A stretch of DNA of 64,000 bases, from IMG/VR virus record IMGVR_UViG_3300046804_003463, positions 13,033 to 77,032 of that record, one strand, 5' to 3'. Source of the stretch: a virus. Both the position numbers and the translations under genes were made by a program. The notes beneath the pieces are model-generated. The model had not been told where the DNA came from. It did no database searches and saw nothing but the letters and a program-made list of their open reading frames with translations. Below, one piece after another: positions 63,102 to 64,000 of the stretch. How positions within the stretch are numbered: the first letter of the stretch is position 1; every line of letters starts with the position of its first letter.

Positions 63102-64000
63102 TCCATTATAATCTTCGAGCCTTCAAAATCAAATCTGAAAGGCACCCATACATTGATTTCAGGTATTGCTTGTTTTATCTTTTCATGAGCATCTGGTGGC
63201 GCAAGAAACATAAAGAAACCACCACCACCAGCACCCATCAGTTTACCACCATATGCTCCAGCATTGATAGCCTTGTTGTATATTGTATCTATGTAATCAG
63301 TTGTAACAGTGTCAGTAAGTTGTCGTTTACGATTCCATTGATACTTTAACAATTCACCTATCTCTTTTATTTTACCATGACTCTCAAAAATATGCAATGC
63401 GGTTTCAGTGATTGTTGTAATTTCTTCAAGTAGTTTTTTAGACTTGCCTTCTTTGATAGCATCGACTTGCTGTTTGGCGTGTACATTTGAAAATCTATCG
63501 ATACCAGAAAAACCTAGCATGATATGTTCTTCTAGGTCTAAGACATAATCATCTTTGATTCTTAGATCACGAACGTTCATGTTTGCTCCAGAAAGTTCAA
63601 GAACACGAACGCCGCCATATGCGGCCATGAATTGATCTTGGACGCCAACAGACTCACCAATATAGTTTTGTTCTATATTGATAGCATCTAACGCCAAACC
63701 ATATGGCGTAGGCAACTTGCCCTGTAATGTAAGTATGGCGTGAATCAGTCCAACAGTGAACGAAGAACTTGATCCAATACCAGAACGAGCAGGCAAATCC
63801 CCATCATGAGTAATAGAAATTCCATTAGGTATATCATAGTATTTCAAACACTCCCGTACAGAAGGATGATCTATTTGTGAGACATCTGATACACTTTCAA
63901 TCTTAGAGTAAATAACTCTGTTTACATAATCAAAATAAGGTGGTAAAACTTTTAGATTTATATAGCAATAATGCGCCATAGCAGCAGATATGATTTTAGT
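63098..64000 (-). CDS. GHMP kinase, HddA-like heptose-7-phosphate kinase (5' end outside window)
   Basis: PARSGIGSSSS, GVQDQ and GKLMGAGGGGF motifs; frame open to the window edge. Confidence 0.85.
   Translation of the reverse strand, partial: TKIISAAMAHYCYINLKVLPPYFDYVNRVIYSKIESVSDVSQIDHPSVRECLKYYDIPNGISITHDGDLPARSGIGSSSSFTVGLIHAILTLQGKLPTPYGLALDAINIEQNYIGESVGVQDQFMAAYGGVRVLELSGANMNVRDLRIKDDYVLDLEEHIMLGFSGIDRFSNVHAKQQVDAIKEGKSKKLLEEITTITETALHIFESHGKIKEIGELLKYQWNRKRQLTDTVTTDYIDTIYNKAINAGAYGGKLMGAGGGGFFMFLAPPDAHEKIKQAIPEINVWVPFRFDFEGSKIIME

Noticed and set aside
85-63111. Plus-strand ORFs in the ORF track, and short alternative-frame minus-strand ORFs nested in long genes
   Set aside because: They overlap well-supported minus-strand genes and show no recognisable motifs, so they are treated as shadow ORFs.
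1-64000. tRNA, rRNA, CRISPR arrays, introns/inteins, stop-codon reassignment
   Set aside because: None was recognised by eye. Intergenic gaps are short, and core genes (gp43, gp41, nrdA, nrdB, gp46) are uninterrupted and of normal length in the standard code. tRNAscan and Infernal were not run.

Overview
A 64-kb, gene-dense, AT-rich segment of a T4-like (myovirus-type) phage genome, with essentially all genes on the minus strand. It holds the T4 core replication, recombination and late-transcription block in the order typical of aquatic T4-like phages: gp55, gp47, gp46, peptide deformylase, VWA/CobS-like pair, gp45, gp44, gp62, regA, hsp20, gp43, uvsX, gp41, and further left gp61, thyX, nrdA, nrdB and denA. 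A GH19 endolysin/spanin lysis cassette indicates a Gram-negative host; the PstS, ErpA, PBP7 and phasin-like genes suggest a proteobacterium, possibly Burkholderiales (inference). Four accessory systems stand out. (1) A putative C7-cyclitol (pseudosugar or gadusol-like) biosynthetic cluster around an EEVS-type sedoheptulose-7-phosphate cyclase, with kinase-like, nucleotidyltransferase, SDR, methyltransferase and glycosyltransferase-like genes; a second S7P-consuming heptose pathway (GmhA, HddA-like, ColD-like, epimerase) is also present. (2) A phosphate-scavenging and lipid-remodelling run: pstS, OprO/P porin, PlcP-like phosphoesterase, GT2 and a secreted nuclease. (3) Modular proteins with T4 capsid-targeting-like N-termini and repeated prohead-protease-like cleavage motifs, which appear to package HicA-like RNase, nucleotidyltransferase, kinase and ligase-like domains. 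(4) A phasin-like gene with a PhaR-like operator. Several cis elements are visible: consensus sigma70 promoters (two fused with terminators, two apparently leaderless), T4-late-type promoters, a ROSE-like thermometer and a 5'-UTR pseudoknot. No tRNA, rRNA or CRISPR array was recognised. All family calls come from motif recognition by eye, not database searches.
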